Source: Azolla caroliniana
Taxonomy: Eukaryota; Plantae; Polypodiophyta
Reading direction: 5' to 3'
Assembly (NCBI GenBank): GCA_043228905.1
Contig: JBHGNT010000070.1
Span: 62,001 to 126,000, forward strand
Length of the DNA: 64,000 bases
Under the pieces are notes generated by a model, which saw nothing but the letters and a program-made list of their open reading frames with translations, was not told the DNA's origin and did not search any database. The translations under genes and the position numbers were made by a program. Positions 62,001 through 64,000 of the stretch are shown here, one piece after another. Every line of letters starts with the position of its first letter. The stretch's first letter is position 1.

Positions 62001-62788
62001 CGAAAGATGACTACTGATTAGAAGGATGTTGCTTCTGTGCGAATTTAAGTGATTAATAACCTGTGGCTATTATGAGTAATTTTTATGGGATCAAGTTGTA
62101 TGTAGGAAAGTCTTCTATGATCTTCAGAAATCTAAATTTTTCTTTGAACTCTTCAGCTTGTTGTTGAACTTTCTAGAATGCTTTGGTGTTTTGTTTCTGC
62201 TGTTTAAAATTGAGCTAACTAATTTAATATAACCATCTTTCCTTAGGGACAAACCTATTGGCATGGTTAGACTTTCATTGACACTGACACTGATTTAAAA
62301 TAGATTGGAAAACTGGAAGCTTTCTATCTTCCTTTTTATGATGTAGTAAGGTAAATTTTATCTATAGGTGGTGTCAGAAAAATTGGAAACTGAAGTCAGA
62401 GAGCTGGCGAAAATGTCAACAGTTACAGATCTTGTGGCACGTTTGAGTCAACATAATTCTGGGAATGGCATCTTGAATGCAGCTTCAGATGATAAGGAAG
62501 CTAACTCTAAAGGGAATGCTTCACAAGTAAAACCTGGTAAAAGAAAAGGAGCTACAAAATTCTCAGTAAATGAAGTTGTAGAAGATGAGTATGTTTCTGG
62601 AAAAGGATTAAAATCTAAGAAGAAGGGTGGAAAAGGAAAGGGTGGAAATTCTGAACTTGGTTCTTTAAGCAAAGGAGGCAGAGGAAATATAGAAAAACAA
62701 GTTACACGAGGAGATGAGGTGCTATCTGAAGACTATATTTCGTCCCGGATTCTTGAAAATTTCCCTGATCTTGAGGGTGCTGGTACAG
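56047..62788 (+). CDS. UFL1: E3 UFM1-protein ligase 1 homolog, first 9 coding exons (continues beyond the window)
   Basis: MDPELLQLQRLFEAAQQAKASTRLSERNVVELVTKLQEL..LLHTVSGKEYLT is the UFL1 N-terminus. Exons 56047-56220, 57342-57653, 58470-58742, 59114-59161, 59255-59320, 59393-59496, 59580-59673, 59745-59801, 62368-62788, all GT-AG and in frame. Confidence 0.95.
61092..61723. repeat. 314-bp tandem duplication spanning the host/solo-LTR junction
   Basis: TATAATGGCAATC starts at 61092 and 61406. TATA microhomology; two substitutions between the copies. Confidence 0.95.
61447..61901 (-). mobile_element. Solo LTR (455 bp) with 5-bp TSD GTTCC in UFL1 intron 8
   Basis: GTTCC|TGTTA...TAACA|GTTCC. 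TATAAAT on the minus strand near 61717-61723. Confidence 0.9.
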
Positions 62789-63379
62789 GTAATATAATTA
62801 TCTGTGACATTTTTTATGCTTGTATCTCATTACTAATTTTGATGTCTACATGAGAGCTTGAGAACGAGTATTTTCTGGTTAAGTTCTCCAAAACTGATGC
62901 TGTTTGAATTGTGGTCCAAATCTTGTGAAGAAATCAAGAACCTCATTTGAGGTTGTAATTTACAGAAAACGGGAATTAATTGCTAAAAAAATGATGGGTT
63001 GTGCTGGTTCCGTACATGGGATGCACTCTATAACATGCAGTCTATATGTATCTTCATGATTACAATTCGTTTGGAAGGATTTGCAAAGTTCTTTGTTCTT
63101 ACATGGTCATTCGACAACACAAATCTCTCTTTGCTATTTCGTTGCATGGATTTAACTCTTGAGCAATTTGTTATATTTTTTTTCCAGTTAGACTTTGGGC
63201 TCCGGTCATACTTTCCCTATCTTTTTTCGCATTCTAACGATGCCTTGAAGGATAGGGAAGTTCATAGCTATAATAACCTCTTTGAGTTCCAGGACATTAT
63301 TGATATTCATCTCTTTGTTCTAATTGTTATATATCTTTCTTTCTTTCTTTCTTTGTTCTAATTGTTTCTCAGTTTTCAC

Positions 63380-63475
63380 GTCAAATGAACATTTCCCTAC
63401 TAATGTACTAGTTAAGTCAAATGAACGTTTCCCTACTAATGTACTAGTTAAGTCAAATGAACGTTTCCCTACTAT
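63380..63475. repeat. 36-bp tandem repeat (~2.6 copies)
   Basis: GTCAAATGAACRTTTCCCTACTAATGTACTAGTTAA repeated. Confidence 0.9.
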
Positions 63476-63831
63476 GTCATCTATCAAAGTTTTGTGACTT
63501 GCTAGCATAATGCGGGGAACAGTGTTTCCTGCATGGTAAGCGGTATGAATGTAGCCCTTTTGAAAATTACGATTTCCCTTGCCATTCTACTGGTATTGCC
63601 TTCCTGCCTTTACTGTTGCTTCTCTTCCTTGCAAAATTTCTGATTCCCTGTCTATGTTGATTGAATTCCCCGTCCAGGATAATTGAATTTTGATCTGTCT
63701 ATTTTTGTCTATCTATAATCACTAGTTCAACAGTGTTAAGTCTTTACTCCGGATAATATTTCAATTTGTGGAAACTTAAAGATATTATGTTTTAAATATG
63801 TGATATGTGTATTATGTTGTGGTTTAATGTC

Positions 63832-63835
<4 letters not shown>

Positions 63836-63911
<76 letters not shown>
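63836..63911. repeat. (TA)n microsatellite
   Basis: Read directly. Confidence 0.97.
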
Positions 63912-63913
<2 letters not shown>

Positions 63914-64000
63914 TCAATCATAATATCTACATGACCAGATGTTATTGGAATCATGAATTTCTTCATATTATGACCAGATGGAGTTGTTTATTCAGGCATC

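Overview
Land-plant nuclear DNA, probably a fern or other non-seed vascular plant (inferred from TE content). Host genes that I could trace exon by exon: an 18-exon TDBD-TDBD-PHD-PHD-GNAT (IDM1-related) gene (34754-46480, -; ~1290 aa) and, divergently, the first 9 coding exons of UFL1 (56047 onward, +). Two intronless genes: a MED26/TFIIS-N-like gene (17552-18310, -) and a VQ-motif gene (20437-21114, -). The first 15 kb is an inverted duplication of a dead GH17 beta-1,3-glucanase gene, with a spacer of nested Gypsy, L1, Copia and hAT debris. A full-length Copia (47642-52848, TSD AGTGA) sits in a promoter minisatellite, and a solo LTR lies in a UFL1 intron. Best candidate for something undescribed: an RTEX-like LINE family with four copies. 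Three share a 3'-terminal hairpin plus a (TTTC)n tail, and two end in (CT)n microsatellites; for one of these the empty site survives in the sister arm of the inverted duplication. The copy that retains ORF1 has a plastid 16S rRNA leader fragment in its putative 5' UTR. All calls come from manual reading; no database searches were run.
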